From: an uncultured Bacilli bacterium
Lineage (GTDB): Bacteria > Bacillota_I > Bacilli_A > RF39 > UBA660
DNA length: 64,000 nucleotides
Direction: 5' to 3'
NCBI GenBank assembly: GCA_949425575.1
Contig: CASPVX010000001.1
Location: 10,789 to 74,788 of the forward strand
Shown: piece after piece, positions 9,171-20,341 of the stretch
Layout: the number at the start of each line of letters is the position of its first letter
Numbering within the stretch: position 1 is the stretch's first letter
Program-made: the position numbers and the translations under genes
Notes under the pieces: model-generated
Databases searched by the model: none
Seen by the model: only the letters and a program-made list of their open reading frames with translations
What the model was told of the DNA's origin: nothing

Positions 9171-10339
9171 AAAAATTATTAATTATTTTACTTATTATCC
9201 CCTTTTTAATGACTGGATGCTGGAATTATAGCGAATTAAATACTGTAGCTATAGTTACAGGATTTTCTGTTGATTATAAAAATGATGAATATGAAGTTAG
9301 CATGCTTATTGCTAATTCTAAAAAAAATGAAAGCTCATCTAAAGAAGGAGAATCACAAACTACAGTATATAGTGGAACTGGTAAAACGCTTTCTGACGCT
9401 ATAAAAGAAATTGAAAGAAAAAGTCCTAAATCTATATATATCGGACATTTAAGCGTAGTTGTAATATCAGAAGATGTTGCTAAAAAGGGAATTTTAGAAA
9501 TGTCTGATTTACTTTTAAGAAGTGCTGAATCAAGAAAAAAATTCTACTTCTTACAAGCTCGAGATACTAGTGCTAAAGACATTCTATCACTTGTTATGCC
9601 ACTTGAATCATTTCCATCACATGGAATAGCCGCACTTTTAAAAACAACAAGTGAAGCACAAGCTATTACTACAACAGTTCCCTACAGTTATTTTATAACT
9701 GATGTTTTAAAACCCGGAGTAAATCCTGTTTTACCAACTGTTGAAATTATAGGAAATGCTGATGAAGGTAGAAAATCAAGTTCTTTAGAAACAACAAAAA
9801 TTAAAACATATCTTAAAGTATCAGATTTAGCTATTTTTAAAGATGATAAATTTATAAATTATGCGGAAAATGATGATAGTCAAATGATTAACATTTTAAA
9901 TGGAAACACTAATTCATTATTGACTACTATTGATAACGATAATCTTTCTATTGGTTTTAATTTGACTGCATTAAAATCAGATACTAAGCTTATTGATCCA
10001 GCTAATATAAAAATCAAAGTTACTGGAAAAGCTGACATAAGAGAAATCAATAATAAAATTAATTTAGAAGAATCAAAAACTGTAGATGAAATTCAAAATA
10101 TTCTTAATAAAAATTTAAAAGGAAGACTTAAAGATACCTTAGACACAGTGCAGCATCAATACAAAACTGATGTCTTTGGTTATGGTAATATGATTTATAA
10201 AAAATATCCAAAATTGTGGAAACAATTAGAAAATAATTGGGATGATACTTACTTTCCAAAAATAAATGTTTCTATAGAAACTGATATTAAAATAGTCTCT
10301 ACTGGTTCTTTGAAACAGACCATTAAGGAGGTAAAATGA
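9167..10339 (+). CDS. spore germination protein, GerAC family lipoprotein (C subunit)
   Basis: Lipobox MTGCW follows a signal peptide, in a 390-aa protein. Its start overlaps the stop of the A subunit. Confidence 0.8.
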   Translation: MKKLLIILLIIPFLMTGCWNYSELNTVAIVTGFSVDYKNDEYEVSMLIANSKKNESSSKEGESQTTVYSGTGKTLSDAIKEIERKSPKSIYIGHLSVVVISEDVAKKGILEMSDLLLRSAESRKKFYFLQARDTSAKDILSLVMPLESFPSHGIAALLKTTSEAQAITTTVPYSYFITDVLKPGVNPVLPTVEIIGNADEGRKSSSLETTKIKTYLKVSDLAIFKDDKFINYAENDDSQMINILNGNTNSLLTTIDNDNLSIGFNLTALKSDTKLIDPANIKIKVTGKADIREINNKINLEESKTVDEIQNILNKNLKGRLKDTLDTVQHQYKTDVFGYGNMIYKKYPKLWKQLENNWDDTYFPKINVSIETDIKIVSTGSLKQTIKEVK

Positions 10340-11430
10340 AAAAAATAAAATTAACCGAATATAATGCAATGATATGGTTTCTTTTAAGATCATCGCTTAT
10401 TGGAACTGGAGTTGCGATTATATTAAGTACTGGAAGACAAGATACTTATATAAGTGGTATTATTACTCTTATTTTAGGTCTTATTCCTATCCTACTTTTT
10501 AATAAGCTAAAAAAAATTGATCCTTCTAAAAATATTATTAAACTCAATACTGATTCTTTAGGGTCTTTTGGATATATTTTAAATATTTTTATGATGGTAG
10601 CTGTTTTTGCTTTTATATTTTTAATTTTTTGGAATTTAACAAATTTTATATCAACAGAATTTTTATATAAAACACCAAGGTTTTTTATCAGTATATGCTT
10701 TTTACTTCCTGTTTTATATGCAACATTTAAAGATTTTCATGTAGTAACTAAAGCAAGTTTAATTTCGTTTTATTTTATTATTGGTTTTGTTGTTTTTATA
10801 ATATTAGGATTAATAAAAGAAATTGATTTTGGAAATCTAATGCCAATTATGCAAACAGAACCTGGTAATATTTTAAAAGTTTCATTTATAATGCTTGTAT
10901 ATAATGTGTTACCAATTTTTCTTTTACTTATTGTTCCTGAAAATATGCTTCAAAAAGATTCATCTAAATCAACTATGATTTTTTACATAATAACATTTAT
11001 TTTTATAATCAATATATTTTTATTCATTATTGGATGTTTTTCAATAGAACTTTCTTTATTATATGATTATACAGAGTTTCATATTTTTAAAAGATTATCT
11101 ATTGGAACCTTTATTGATAAAATTGAAAGTTTCTTATCAATAGAATGGATTTTAGGAATGCTTTTAACAATTATTATTGGAATACATTATTTGAAAAAAT
11201 CATATATGCAGATGATGAAAAAGGATAAAAAACGAGGCAATATTTTTTGTATAATAATTTGTATAGTTTTAATTATTTTAGTTAATTACTCATTTAAAAA
11301 TTTAATACAAATTCAATCTTTTGTAGCAAATTATTTAGTTTATTTCTTATTCTTTGGATTATTTATATGTCCATTAATTACATATATTTTTACAAGAAAA
11401 AAGAGATCACATGAATCTCTTATAAACTAA
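10336..11430 (+). CDS. spore germination protein, GerAB family (B subunit, APC-like permease)
   Basis: 364 aa with about 10 transmembrane segments, overlapping the stop of the C subunit. A-C-B order. Confidence 0.75.
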   Translation: MKKIKLTEYNAMIWFLLRSSLIGTGVAIILSTGRQDTYISGIITLILGLIPILLFNKLKKIDPSKNIIKLNTDSLGSFGYILNIFMMVAVFAFIFLIFWNLTNFISTEFLYKTPRFFISICFLLPVLYATFKDFHVVTKASLISFYFIIGFVVFIILGLIKEIDFGNLMPIMQTEPGNILKVSFIMLVYNVLPIFLLLIVPENMLQKDSSKSTMIFYIITFIFIINIFLFIIGCFSIELSLLYDYTEFHIFKRLSIGTFIDKIESFLSIEWILGMLLTIIIGIHYLKKSYMQMMKKDKKRGNIFCIIICIVLIILVNYSFKNLIQIQSFVANYLVYFLFFGLFICPLITYIFTRKKRSHESLIN

Positions 11431-12186
11431 AATACCTGCACAACCAACAATAATAAGTATTAGTAAAATAATTACTATAATTGAAAAGACACTTGTCTTT
11501 TTTTCTTTTTCTTCACTATCAATAAAATCTGATTTACTCAAATTTAAACTTGATGTAAAGAAAGATTTATCTAATGAATTTTCCAAATTATTAGTTGGCG
11601 TCACGCTTGTTTCTTTTATATACTCTTTTAATGATTTTGGTTCCTCTTTTTCATTCTCATCAGCTGCTAAATCACTAAATAAATCTTTAGCTAAAGTAGC
11701 ATCACCAACTTTATTTAACATACTTGTAGCTGTTATAGTATTAATTAGTTCTTTTAAATCTTCCTCTTCTGGAGTAGATTCTTTCTCTTTTTGAACCCTA
11801 TTTAAAAATTCATACTTACTATCTCTAAGAACTCTTTCTTTATCATCCTTAGGCATTGATTCCTTAGCTTTTACTAAAATATCTCTAATATCATAATTTC
11901 TTTCTTCCAAAGGTTCTTCTATAGTTTCTTCTTCTGGAATAATTGGTCTTTGCATTTCTATTGTTTTATGAAATTCTCTTCTTTTTTGATAATTTTCTCT
12001 ATTATTAATTAATTCTTTTATCTTAGTAATATCAATTTCATTAGTATTTCCTAGAGATGCAATACCTTCAATATTTGAATATTCTCCATATTCATAAATA
12101 TCATGATATAATTCTTTATTTCTTTGACTACGGCTACTAGCACTGCCGCTTTGTTTATATCTTTGCATTCTTGTAGCCATAGACAT
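11407..12186 (-). CDS. hypothetical tail-anchored membrane protein (acidic, Glu/Lys-rich, single C-terminal TM)
   Basis: 259 aa with a C-terminal hydrophobic segment VFSIIVIILLILIIVGCAGILVY. No recognizable catalytic motif. Confidence 0.4.
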   Translation of the reverse strand: MSMATRMQRYKQSGSASSRSQRNKELYHDIYEYGEYSNIEGIASLGNTNEIDITKIKELINNRENYQKRREFHKTIEMQRPIIPEEETIEEPLEERNYDIRDILVKAKESMPKDDKERVLRDSKYEFLNRVQKEKESTPEEEDLKELINTITATSMLNKVGDATLAKDLFSDLAADENEKEEPKSLKEYIKETSVTPTNNLENSLDKSFFTSSLNLSKSDFIDSEEKEKKTSVFSIIVIILLILIIVGCAGILVYKRFM

Positions 12187-12288
12187 TCACCTCTATTGTT
12201 AATAATATCATATTTTGTCTATTTTTTAAAGATGAGGTGGTTGTTTTTTATAAGTATTTTTTTTATAATATATTTAAGGAGGTATATC

Positions 12289-12474
12289 ATGGCAAAAGTT
12301 GAAGTTGATAAAGATTTATGCATCGGATGTGGAGCTTGCGCATCTATTGATGATGAAGTATTTGAAATTACTGATGAAGGATATGCTAAAGCAATCAAAG
12401 ACGAAGTAAATGATGACGTTAAAATGGCAGCAGATAGTTGTCCTACAAGTGCAATTAAAATAGAAGAAAATTAA
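12289..12474 (+). CDS. 4Fe-4S ferredoxin
   Basis: An AGGAGG-like RBS (AAGGAGG) precedes the ATG at 12289. The 61-aa protein MAKVEVDKDLCIGCGACASI...CPTSAI has two Cys clusters. Confidence 0.85.
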   Translation: MAKVEVDKDLCIGCGACASIDDEVFEITDEGYAKAIKDEVNDDVKMAADSCPTSAIKIEEN

Positions 12475-12477
12475 AAA

Positions 12478-12500
12478 AGCTTCACGAAATGTGAAGTTTT
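12478..12500. terminator. bidirectional intrinsic terminator between ferredoxin and rluB
   Basis: The hairpin AAGCTTCAC-GAAAT-GTGAAGTTT is flanked by A-run and T-run. Confidence 0.5.
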
Positions 12501-13213
12501 TATTTGCACTCATTATATAATTTTTTTACTTCTTTTATGGTTAATTTTCTATATTCTCCAGATTTCAAACCATTTAGATCAAGGAAAGACACTCTATCTC
12601 TTTTTAATTTAATAACCGGGTGGTTAATAATATCAAACATTTTTTTAACTTGATGATTTTTTCCCTCATGAATAGTAAGTTCAACAATAGAATAATCTAA
12701 TTTTTTATTAATCTTTCTAATTCTGGCTTTTGCTTTAGACGTTTTAACACCGTCAATTATTACACCTCTGCATATAACTGCAAGTTCACTTTTATTTACT
12801 ACTCCACTTACTTTTGCTGTATATACTTTATCAATTTGATTTTTAGGATGAGTAAGTAAATTTGTAAGTTCTCCATCATTAGTTAAAATCAATAAACCTG
12901 AAGTATCATAATCCAATCTACCTACCGGATATAATCTTTTATTTGTTTTTACTAAATCTAAAACTGTTTTCCTACCCTTTTCATCATTAGTAGTTGTTAT
13001 AATACCTCTTGGTTTATATAAAAGAATATACTCTTTTTCTTCATATTTAATGGCTTCTCCATTAACAACAATATCATCACTAAAATTAGCCTTAGTTCCT
13101 AAATCAGTAATAATTTTACCATTAACTTCAACTTTTCCATTTTTAATTAATTCTTCAGCTTTTCTTCTAGATGTATAACCAGATAAAGCGATTATTTTTT
13201 GTAGTCTTTCCAT
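12500..13213 (-). CDS. rluB: 23S rRNA pseudouridine synthase, RluB/RsuA family
   Basis: An S4 domain at the N-terminus (SGYTSRRKAEELIKNGKV) is followed by the catalytic motif GRLDYDTSGLLILTNDG. Confidence 0.85.
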   Translation of the reverse strand: MERLQKIIALSGYTSRRKAEELIKNGKVEVNGKIITDLGTKANFSDDIVVNGEAIKYEEKEYILLYKPRGIITTTNDEKGRKTVLDLVKTNKRLYPVGRLDYDTSGLLILTNDGELTNLLTHPKNQIDKVYTAKVSGVVNKSELAVICRGVIIDGVKTSKAKARIRKINKKLDYSIVELTIHEGKNHQVKKMFDIINHPVIKLKRDRVSFLDLNGLKSGEYRKLTIKEVKKLYNECK

Positions 13214-13244
13214 AAGTAATCACCAAAGAGATTATACATTAATA

Positions 13245-13766
13245 TCAGCCAAAAAACAAGTTCACTGTAATAATACTTACAATGACTGCAATTAAATCAC
13301 AAAGAAGACCAACCCAAAGAGCATACTTTATTTTTTTGATGCCTATTGTTCCAAAATATAATGTCAATATATATAAAGTTGTATCACTTGATCCTTGAAT
13401 AACCGAAGCCATAATACTTATTAAACTATCTGGTCCATACTGAGCATACATGTCATTAAGAAGCGCGAGTCCAAAACTCCCAGAAAGTGGCCTCATTACT
13501 GCAACTGGAAGTATTTGAAGTGGCACATCAATCAAAATAAAAATCGGTTTTAAAAAAGTAAAAATGCTATCTACAATTCCACTATTTATAAAAATATTAA
13601 CACCAAAAACCATGGCTAATACTGCAGGAAACATATTTAAAATCATATCAAAACTTTCCTTAGCGCCATCTATAAAAGAATCATAAACATTTATCTTTTT
13701 TTTAACCCCATGTATTATTACTATTAAAACAATAACTGGAATAAAAAAGTTCGAAATCATTTTCAT
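13245..13766 (-). CDS. spmB: spore maturation protein B
   Basis: 173-aa nucleoside-recognition-domain membrane protein immediately downstream of spmA and dacB, matching the conserved dacB-spmA-spmB operon. Confidence 0.75.
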   Translation of the reverse strand: MKMISNFFIPVIVLIVIIHGVKKKINVYDSFIDGAKESFDMILNMFPAVLAMVFGVNIFINSGIVDSIFTFLKPIFILIDVPLQILPVAVMRPLSGSFGLALLNDMYAQYGPDSLISIMASVIQGSSDTTLYILTLYFGTIGIKKIKYALWVGLLCDLIAVIVSIITVNLFFG

Positions 13767-14353
13767 TTATCTTTTCCTTTAAAAAATTTATCAATAATAA
13801 GGCCAATTATAAGTGATGTAAATGTAGCTATAATGCATGGAAGCACTATATCAGTAGGATTTGTACTATCATGCATCATTCTAAGTGAAATTATGGTAGT
13901 AGGTATAATTGTAAGCCCGCATGTATTGATTACTAAAAATGTAATCATACTGTGGCTAGCTTCATCCTTTTTTTTATTTAAAGTTTGCATTGATTGCATA
14001 GCTTTAATTCCAAATGGTGTTGCTGCATTACCAAGGCCAAAAATATTAGCTATCATATTAGATGAAATTAGACCAAGTGATTCATGTCCTTTTGGTATTT
14101 CAGGAAAAATTTTAGAAAGCAGAGGCGAAATAAAATTAGATGCACTCTTTAATAATCCTGAATCTTTAGCTATATTCATAATACCTAACCATAAAGCCAT
14201 TAAAGGAAATATTTGCAAAATTAAATCTAATGATGTTTTTCCACTAGAAATAATTTGACTATTCAAAACATCTGCCTTGCCATTAATTAATAAATAAAGT
14301 GAACCACTTATTATAAAAAAGGCCCAAAATTTATTTATCATTATTTTTTCCAA
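13763..14353 (-). CDS. spmA: spore maturation protein A
   Basis: 196-aa membrane protein whose start and stop overlap its neighbours, in operon context. Confidence 0.75.
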   Translation of the reverse strand: MEKIMINKFWAFFIISGSLYLLINGKADVLNSQIISSGKTSLDLILQIFPLMALWLGIMNIAKDSGLLKSASNFISPLLSKIFPEIPKGHESLGLISSNMIANIFGLGNAATPFGIKAMQSMQTLNKKKDEASHSMITFLVINTCGLTIIPTTIISLRMMHDSTNPTDIVLPCIIATFTSLIIGLIIDKFFKGKDK

Positions 14354-15425
14354 ATAAATTTTTTAATTTATCAAAAAATGAAGGCTTTTCCTTTTTTTCC
14401 ACATATATATTTTTTTCTGTTATTTTTTTATCACCTAAAAATACTTTAACTATTCCTACCTTATCATTAGTTTTATAATTTTTATTTTTTTCTAATTCAA
14501 ATTTTAAATTCAATGAATCTTTTTCACTATCTAAAAGAGGATAAGTAAAGTCTTCTTTGATGTACAATTTGTTTTCCTTGTAATAATCCTCACCTAAAAT
14601 ACTAATAGTTCCCTTTTTTAAGATTCTATAATTTGTATAATTATCAAAAGCCTCTTCAAATAATTTTTGATGGTCTGCAAAGTCACTTCCATCATTAATA
14701 GTAACGACTGCTAAATTCAAGTTATTTTTGCTAGCAGTAGTTACTAAAGTTCTTTTTGCTTTTTTTGTAAAACCAGTCTTTCCTCCTGTTGTATATTTAT
14801 AGGAAAATAAAAGTTTATTTTTATTTGTCCATTTATAGTAATTCATATTTGTTTTTACGTTATGACTTTTAGTACCTACTATCTTTTTAAATTCCTTATT
14901 TTTCATAGCATAACTCATTAAAATTGCCATATCATAGGCACTTGAAAAATTTCCCTTTTGCTCTTTCTCATCTAAGCCACTAGGATTATTAAATGTGGTA
15001 TTTTTCATGCCTATTTCTTTTGCTTTTTTATTCATCTCTTTTACAAAATTATCAACACTGCCACCTGCATAATTAGCAATTGCTACCGCAGCATCATTAC
15101 CACTTCTAAGCATGAGCCCATATAATAAATCTTCCAATTTTATTTTTTCACCTTGTTTAACATAAATTCCTGATCCATAAGCTTTTAAAATCTCATCACC
15201 AATAGTAACTACATCATTTACATCTTTTTTTTCAATGGATAAAATAGCTGTCATGATTTTAGATATTGATGCCACACTTTGAGTATAATTAACATCTTTA
15301 GCATATAAAATTCTTTTACTGTCCATATCCATTAAAATTGCTGATTTAGCATTAGTGCTAAATGCGTTTACACAACTTGGAATTAACAAAAGTAAAATTA
15401 ATAATATTTTTTTCAAGTTCCTCAC
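14331..15425 (-). CDS. dacB: D-alanyl-D-alanine carboxypeptidase (serine-type, sporulation-specific DacB-like)
   Basis: A signal peptide is followed by the SxxK active site (SISKIMT) and by SGN and KTG motifs. Confidence 0.85.
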   Translation of the reverse strand: MRNLKKILLILLLLIPSCVNAFSTNAKSAILMDMDSKRILYAKDVNYTQSVASISKIMTAILSIEKKDVNDVVTIGDEILKAYGSGIYVKQGEKIKLEDLLYGLMLRSGNDAAVAIANYAGGSVDNFVKEMNKKAKEIGMKNTTFNNPSGLDEKEQKGNFSSAYDMAILMSYAMKNKEFKKIVGTKSHNVKTNMNYYKWTNKNKLLFSYKYTTGGKTGFTKKAKRTLVTTASKNNLNLAVVTINDGSDFADHQKLFEEAFDNYTNYRILKKGTISILGEDYYKENKLYIKEDFTYPLLDSEKDSLNLKFELEKNKNYKTNDKVGIVKVFLGDKKITEKNIYVEKKEKPSFFDKLKNLFGKNNDK

Positions 15426-15484
15426 CTAAATAATTCTATGAACTAAGAAATAACTTTATTAAAAAAAACACTAATAAAGTGTTT

Positions 15485-17245
15485 TTAATCTAATTCTTTG
15501 GTATATAGCTGTTTATAAAATTCATTATTTTTCAAAAGTTCTTTATGTGTTCCTTCACCTACAACATGACCTTTATCAATAACAATTATTCTATCACTAT
15601 CTATTACTGTTGAAAGTCTATGAGCAATAATTAATATAGTATATTCTCCTTTCATATTATTTATTGCTTCTTGTATTTTTTCCTGTGTTTCATTATCTAA
15701 TGCACTTGTAGCTTCATCAAATAATATTATTTCTGTTTTTTGTACTAAAGCTCTTGCGATAGCTAAACGTTGTCTTTGACCACCTGATAAATTAATTCCA
15801 CCTTCTCCAATAACTGTATCATATTTATCTGGAAGCTCATTTATAAAATCATCAAGGCATGCTACTTTACACGCATTTATCATTTCTTCATCAGTAAGAT
15901 TTTCTTTTACTAATTTTAAATTATCTCTAATAGAAAGATTAAAAATATATGGATTTTGAGAAATAATAGTAATATTACCTCTGATTGATTTCCTATCTAA
16001 TTTGTTAATATTAATTCCATCTAATAATATTTTCCCCCTATCAATATCATACATTTTACATAAAAGAGAAAATATTGTTGTTTTTCCTGCACCAGATTTA
16101 CCTACAAATGAAACAGTTTCATTTGGTCTTATTTTAAAACTCAAATCATCAATTATTTTCTTTTTACCATATGAAAATGAAACATTTTTAAATTCAAAAT
16201 TCCCTTCTACCTTATCTAAATGTGTTGTTCCAAATACCTCTTTTTTAAAATCATTTCCATTAAATATTTCTGATATTCTAGAGCATGACAAATTAAAATC
16301 TTTAATAATATCTAAGAAAGAACTCAAATAATAAATAGTGCCTCCAACCCTACCAGAATAATTATAAACTACTAGCGCTGAAGCGACTGCTAAAGAATTA
16401 TTAGAAATTAGTATAACTAATAATACGATTAATAAAAAATCACTTAAATCATATACAAAAGATGAAAGTAAATTGTAAGCTCTATTTGTTTTTTGCATAT
16501 CATATCTTTTAAAATTAAGTTTTCTTATTTTGGCATGCAAAGTATTTACAAAACTCTCTTCAGCATTTAACATTTTTATATCTCTTACGCCTCTTACCAT
16601 TTCGCCTGTAAAACTAGTTGTTTTTTCTTCTTCTTTTCGGTATAGTTTATCTTCATTATTCCATTTTTTCACTCTTGTTTTTTCGATCAAATAAACAACA
16701 GTAATGTCTATTAACATATATAAACATGCAATTTTACTTATAAAAAACACTGCAAAGAATATACCTATAGACGTAATAATATTTGTTCCACTCCAACTAA
16801 TATTATTAAAAATATCAGAAATTTTTTCGGTATCTCCTGTAAGTCTTTGAATAAAAACACCTGTACCATGTTTATCTAATGATGAATTATTTATTTTTAA
16901 TATTTCTTTTCCTATTTCTGTTTGCATTCTAATAAATGTTTCTCTGTATACTCTTTGTGAACAATATCTTGAATACCAAATTAATAAATTTCTAAGATTT
17001 TCCACAATAAATATTATAGCTGCTATAAATAATAATTGTGTTAATTTATTATCAGTTAAATTTATAATTAATTTAGCACTCAAAATCGGAATAACAATGC
17101 TTATTCCAATCATAATTATATTACAAATTAAAAATTTAATAATATTTGCTTTTTGGTACTTTGCATAAGTCCATGCAAACTTTAAATGTTTCATTAATTC
17201 TTTCATTATGACCACCAACTGTTTCTTTGTTTTATAGTATATCAC
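15485..17245 (-). CDS. ABC transporter, fused permease/ATP-binding protein (exporter)
   Basis: 586 aa with an N-terminal 6-TM domain. The C-terminal half carries Walker A GKSGAGKTT, the ABC signature LSGGQRQRLAIARAL and Walker B ILFDEATSALD. Confidence 0.85.
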   Translation of the reverse strand: MIYYKTKKQLVVIMKELMKHLKFAWTYAKYQKANIIKFLICNIIMIGISIVIPILSAKLIINLTDNKLTQLLFIAAIIFIVENLRNLLIWYSRYCSQRVYRETFIRMQTEIGKEILKINNSSLDKHGTGVFIQRLTGDTEKISDIFNNISWSGTNIITSIGIFFAVFFISKIACLYMLIDITVVYLIEKTRVKKWNNEDKLYRKEEEKTTSFTGEMVRGVRDIKMLNAEESFVNTLHAKIRKLNFKRYDMQKTNRAYNLLSSFVYDLSDFLLIVLLVILISNNSLAVASALVVYNYSGRVGGTIYYLSSFLDIIKDFNLSCSRISEIFNGNDFKKEVFGTTHLDKVEGNFEFKNVSFSYGKKKIIDDLSFKIRPNETVSFVGKSGAGKTTIFSLLCKMYDIDRGKILLDGININKLDRKSIRGNITIISQNPYIFNLSIRDNLKLVKENLTDEEMINACKVACLDDFINELPDKYDTVIGEGGINLSGGQRQRLAIARALVQKTEIILFDEATSALDNETQEKIQEAINNMKGEYTILIIAHRLSTVIDSDRIIVIDKGHVVGEGTHKELLKNNEFYKQLYTKELD

Positions 17246-17297
17246 TTATTTAAAAAATAACAAAAAAATAAACACCTTTAAATTGTGTTTATTTTAT

Positions 17298-18014
17298 CTA
17301 TTCTAAAATGGAATTGTCATCTGCTTCATTTTTAGTATCATCTGAATCTCTTTGATCATTCATTAATGGATTATCATTTTGATTCTCTTCATTATCTTTA
17401 TCAGTATCTAAATTATCATTTAGTTTATTATCATCTGATTCATTTATGTTTGAACCAATATTTGTTCCATCATTATAAAGTCCATTTATTTTTTGTTCAT
17501 CTGTTTCAGATAATTCATCCATTATCCATTCGCCATCTTTTTTAGTTAATGTTATTTCTAAAGTATAGGTTTTCTTTTCTGTAACATCTTTTAATTTAGT
17601 TAAACGATATTTACTGAATAAACCAGCACTATAATTACCTGTTTCATCATTGAACTCTTTAGCATTTGTTTCCTTATATGTATCTGCATCGCCTAAAACT
17701 TTAGAATAGTCTCTAACTGTTACTTCTGTTGTAACTGTGGCTTTATCTCCATCAATTTTTTCATCTTTGATTTTATATTCTAAATCTTGATAATGTTTTT
17801 TCATAAAATCACGATATTCACTTCTAGAAGCTTCATCTATTGAAGTATCATCAGCAATCGTTAAATCTAAATCATTTAAAACGTTTGAATCTAATGTTTG
17901 ATATTTATCAAAAAATGCTTCTACTTTTTTAGTTGGAGTATTATCCATATTACCACATCCAGTTAAAGTAACTACTAAAACTAAAGATAATAATAACTTT
18001 GAAAGCTTTTTCAT
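17298..18014 (-). CDS. lipoprotein, acidic C-terminal tail
   Basis: Lipobox LTGCGN follows a signal peptide. The C-terminal region is Asp/Asn-rich and low complexity. Confidence 0.5.
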   Translation of the reverse strand: MKKLSKLLLSLVLVVTLTGCGNMDNTPTKKVEAFFDKYQTLDSNVLNDLDLTIADDTSIDEASRSEYRDFMKKHYQDLEYKIKDEKIDGDKATVTTEVTVRDYSKVLGDADTYKETNAKEFNDETGNYSAGLFSKYRLTKLKDVTEKKTYTLEITLTKKDGEWIMDELSETDEQKINGLYNDGTNIGSNINESDDNKLNDNLDTDKDNEENQNDNPLMNDQRDSDDTKNEADDNSILE

Positions 18015-18076
18015 TTTTTTACCTCCTCGTTATTATTTTGTGTTTTCTTTTTTATTTTTATACAAAAAAATCATAA

Positions 18077-18739
18077 TTACTTATGATTTTTAATAATCCA
18101 TTTAACATGTGGAAATGCATGAATAATACGCCTTGTAAATATTGATAGTTTTTGTTCTTCAGCTTTAATTTTTTTCATAAATATTTTATTAATTTCCTCT
18201 GTATTATCAGTATCAGCTGAAAATGTTTTATTTTTTAAATCGTACGTTAGCTTAAATGAAATAATATTATCTAAAATATATAAAACAAATAAAATAATTG
18301 AAATTATTAATAATACTTTATGGGGAATTATATGAATCAAATCCATTATTACTGGATTAATTATATACATTACTAATAAACTAAGTATTCCAAATGGAAT
18401 CATTGTTTCTAAACAAATTCGTCCATTAATATTATATTTTAAATGTGAATAATCCCACCATCTTGCATGAAATACTTTTTCTAACACATAACTTGTAATA
18501 TATTCTAATGCTGAACAAATTACTATTGCCATAAAAAATAAAGCAATTGGATCATCTAAATATTTGCGTAATAGTATTGTAATTAACAAGCAGCCCCAAC
18601 CATATATTGGAACCCATGGTCCAATTAAAAATCCACGGTTAACAAATTTTTTTTCTTTTACAAAAGCATGAACTGTTTCCATAACCCAGCCCAACATTGC
18701 ATAAATAATAAATATTAAAAAATATGTTTCTAAATTCAT
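18077..18739 (-). CDS. polytopic membrane protein (putative ABC-transporter type IV / CmpB-like family)
   Basis: 220 aa with about 6 transmembrane segments and an N-terminal YAMLGWVMET...GPWVPIYGWG pattern. The family is recalled from memory. Confidence 0.4.
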   Translation of the reverse strand: MNLETYFLIFIIYAMLGWVMETVHAFVKEKKFVNRGFLIGPWVPIYGWGCLLITILLRKYLDDPIALFFMAIVICSALEYITSYVLEKVFHARWWDYSHLKYNINGRICLETMIPFGILSLLVMYIINPVIMDLIHIIPHKVLLIISIILFVLYILDNIISFKLTYDLKNKTFSADTDNTEEINKIFMKKIKAEEQKLSIFTRRIIHAFPHVKWIIKNHK

Positions 18740-18775
18740 AAAACTACCTCGCTGATATCATTATATCATATTTTA

Positions 18776-20263
18776 TTATTTATTATTTTTTTTATATGAA
18801 ATATTATATCTACTAGGACCTTTTATACATTTTCCATCAATATCAAATCTTGATGAATGACATGGACAATCCCAAGTCTTTTCTATACTATTAAATATTA
18901 GACTGCATTTCATATGGGGACATTTATTATAAACTATATGTTCCTTATTATTTTCATCTTTATAAATTGCAATATTCTCACCATCTACTTTTTTAAATAT
19001 TACATTTTTATGATACCAATTTTTATTTTTTATTAATTTATTTCCAATAAACGATTTAGCACTACTATATAAATTTAAAGGAAAATGCGTTATTTTAGCT
19101 AGATTAAATGATCTTGTTGGACTAAACAAGGTACTATATTTATTATCATTTCCTAAAATTAAATCGCTTATAATTTTTCCTGCAATTGTTCCATTGGTCA
19201 TTCCCCAAGTATTATATCCAGTTCCAATATATAAATTAGGCTGATTATGACTAATAGATCCAATATATGGAAGATTATCACTAGTTATTAAATCAACATT
19301 AGACCAAATATATTCTGGTTCATATCCTAACCTTTTTACTGCCCTTTTTAAAATATTAAAGTTTTTCTCAATATCATTTTTATTACATAAATTATGAGAC
19401 CCATTTAAATATATCAAATATTTTTTAGTAGCATTACTATAATATCTAATAGATTTTATGGGTGTATTTGAAGTGATGGCAGAAAAATCTTTAGTTTCAT
19501 CTATTAATGATGCGGAAATGTATGATTGTTCCATATAAGCTTTAATAGGCATAAAAAACGGAAATAAGAAAAAAGGATAATGGCACGCTACTACAACTTT
19601 ATCTGCAATTATCTTATTTTTATTTGTAAGACAAATATATTTATCTCTTATTTTATCTATCGAAATAATTTTAGTGTCTTCATACATTTTAATACCTTTT
19701 TTTACACATATTTCTTTTAATGAAAGTAAATACTTTACAGGATTAAAAACTGCTGTATCAGAAACTTCAATAGCATATTTACTCTTAACATTAAATGGAA
19801 TATTTTTTGTTTCTTTTACCTTTATTCCAACTGATTCTAAAAAGTTTTTTTGCATTTTTATTTTAGCAACTTCTTTTTCATCATTTGTAAAAACAAACGA
19901 TGATGTTTTTTGATAATTACATTTAATTTTATTTTCTTTTATTGTTTTAGCAATTAACATAATAGCTTCAATTTGTGATTCTAAATATAATTTAACATCT
20001 CTGTGTGAAAATGTTTTTAAAAGTTTTTCATATATTAACTCTTGTAAATACGTTATTTTAGCTGTTGATTTAGAGGTTACTCCATGACCAATTAAATCTC
20101 TATCAACCAAAGCTATATTTAATTTAGAATCTTTTAAATTATAAGCTGTACTCATTCCAGTAATACCGCCACCAATAATTAAAACATCAACATTAATATT
20201 CTCTTTAAGTGGTTCTAAAGGTTTTACATCAATATTTTTAAGCCATATACTTTTATTTTCCAT
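18776..20263 (-). CDS. FAD-dependent oxidoreductase fused to C-terminal Rieske [2Fe-2S] domain
   Basis: The N-terminal dinucleotide-binding motif VLIIGGGITGMSTAY is followed by a C-terminal CPHMKC...CPCHSS Rieske signature. Confidence 0.75.
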   Translation of the reverse strand: MENKSIWLKNIDVKPLEPLKENINVDVLIIGGGITGMSTAYNLKDSKLNIALVDRDLIGHGVTSKSTAKITYLQELIYEKLLKTFSHRDVKLYLESQIEAIMLIAKTIKENKIKCNYQKTSSFVFTNDEKEVAKIKMQKNFLESVGIKVKETKNIPFNVKSKYAIEVSDTAVFNPVKYLLSLKEICVKKGIKMYEDTKIISIDKIRDKYICLTNKNKIIADKVVVACHYPFFLFPFFMPIKAYMEQSYISASLIDETKDFSAITSNTPIKSIRYYSNATKKYLIYLNGSHNLCNKNDIEKNFNILKRAVKRLGYEPEYIWSNVDLITSDNLPYIGSISHNQPNLYIGTGYNTWGMTNGTIAGKIISDLILGNDNKYSTLFSPTRSFNLAKITHFPLNLYSSAKSFIGNKLIKNKNWYHKNVIFKKVDGENIAIYKDENNKEHIVYNKCPHMKCSLIFNSIEKTWDCPCHSSRFDIDGKCIKGPSRYNISYKKNNK

Positions 20264-20341
20264 ATTATCAGTCCATTCTAATAATAGTATTGATTATTTA
20301 TATTTTTTAATACAAAAAAAGATTTAAAAAAATTTTTAAAT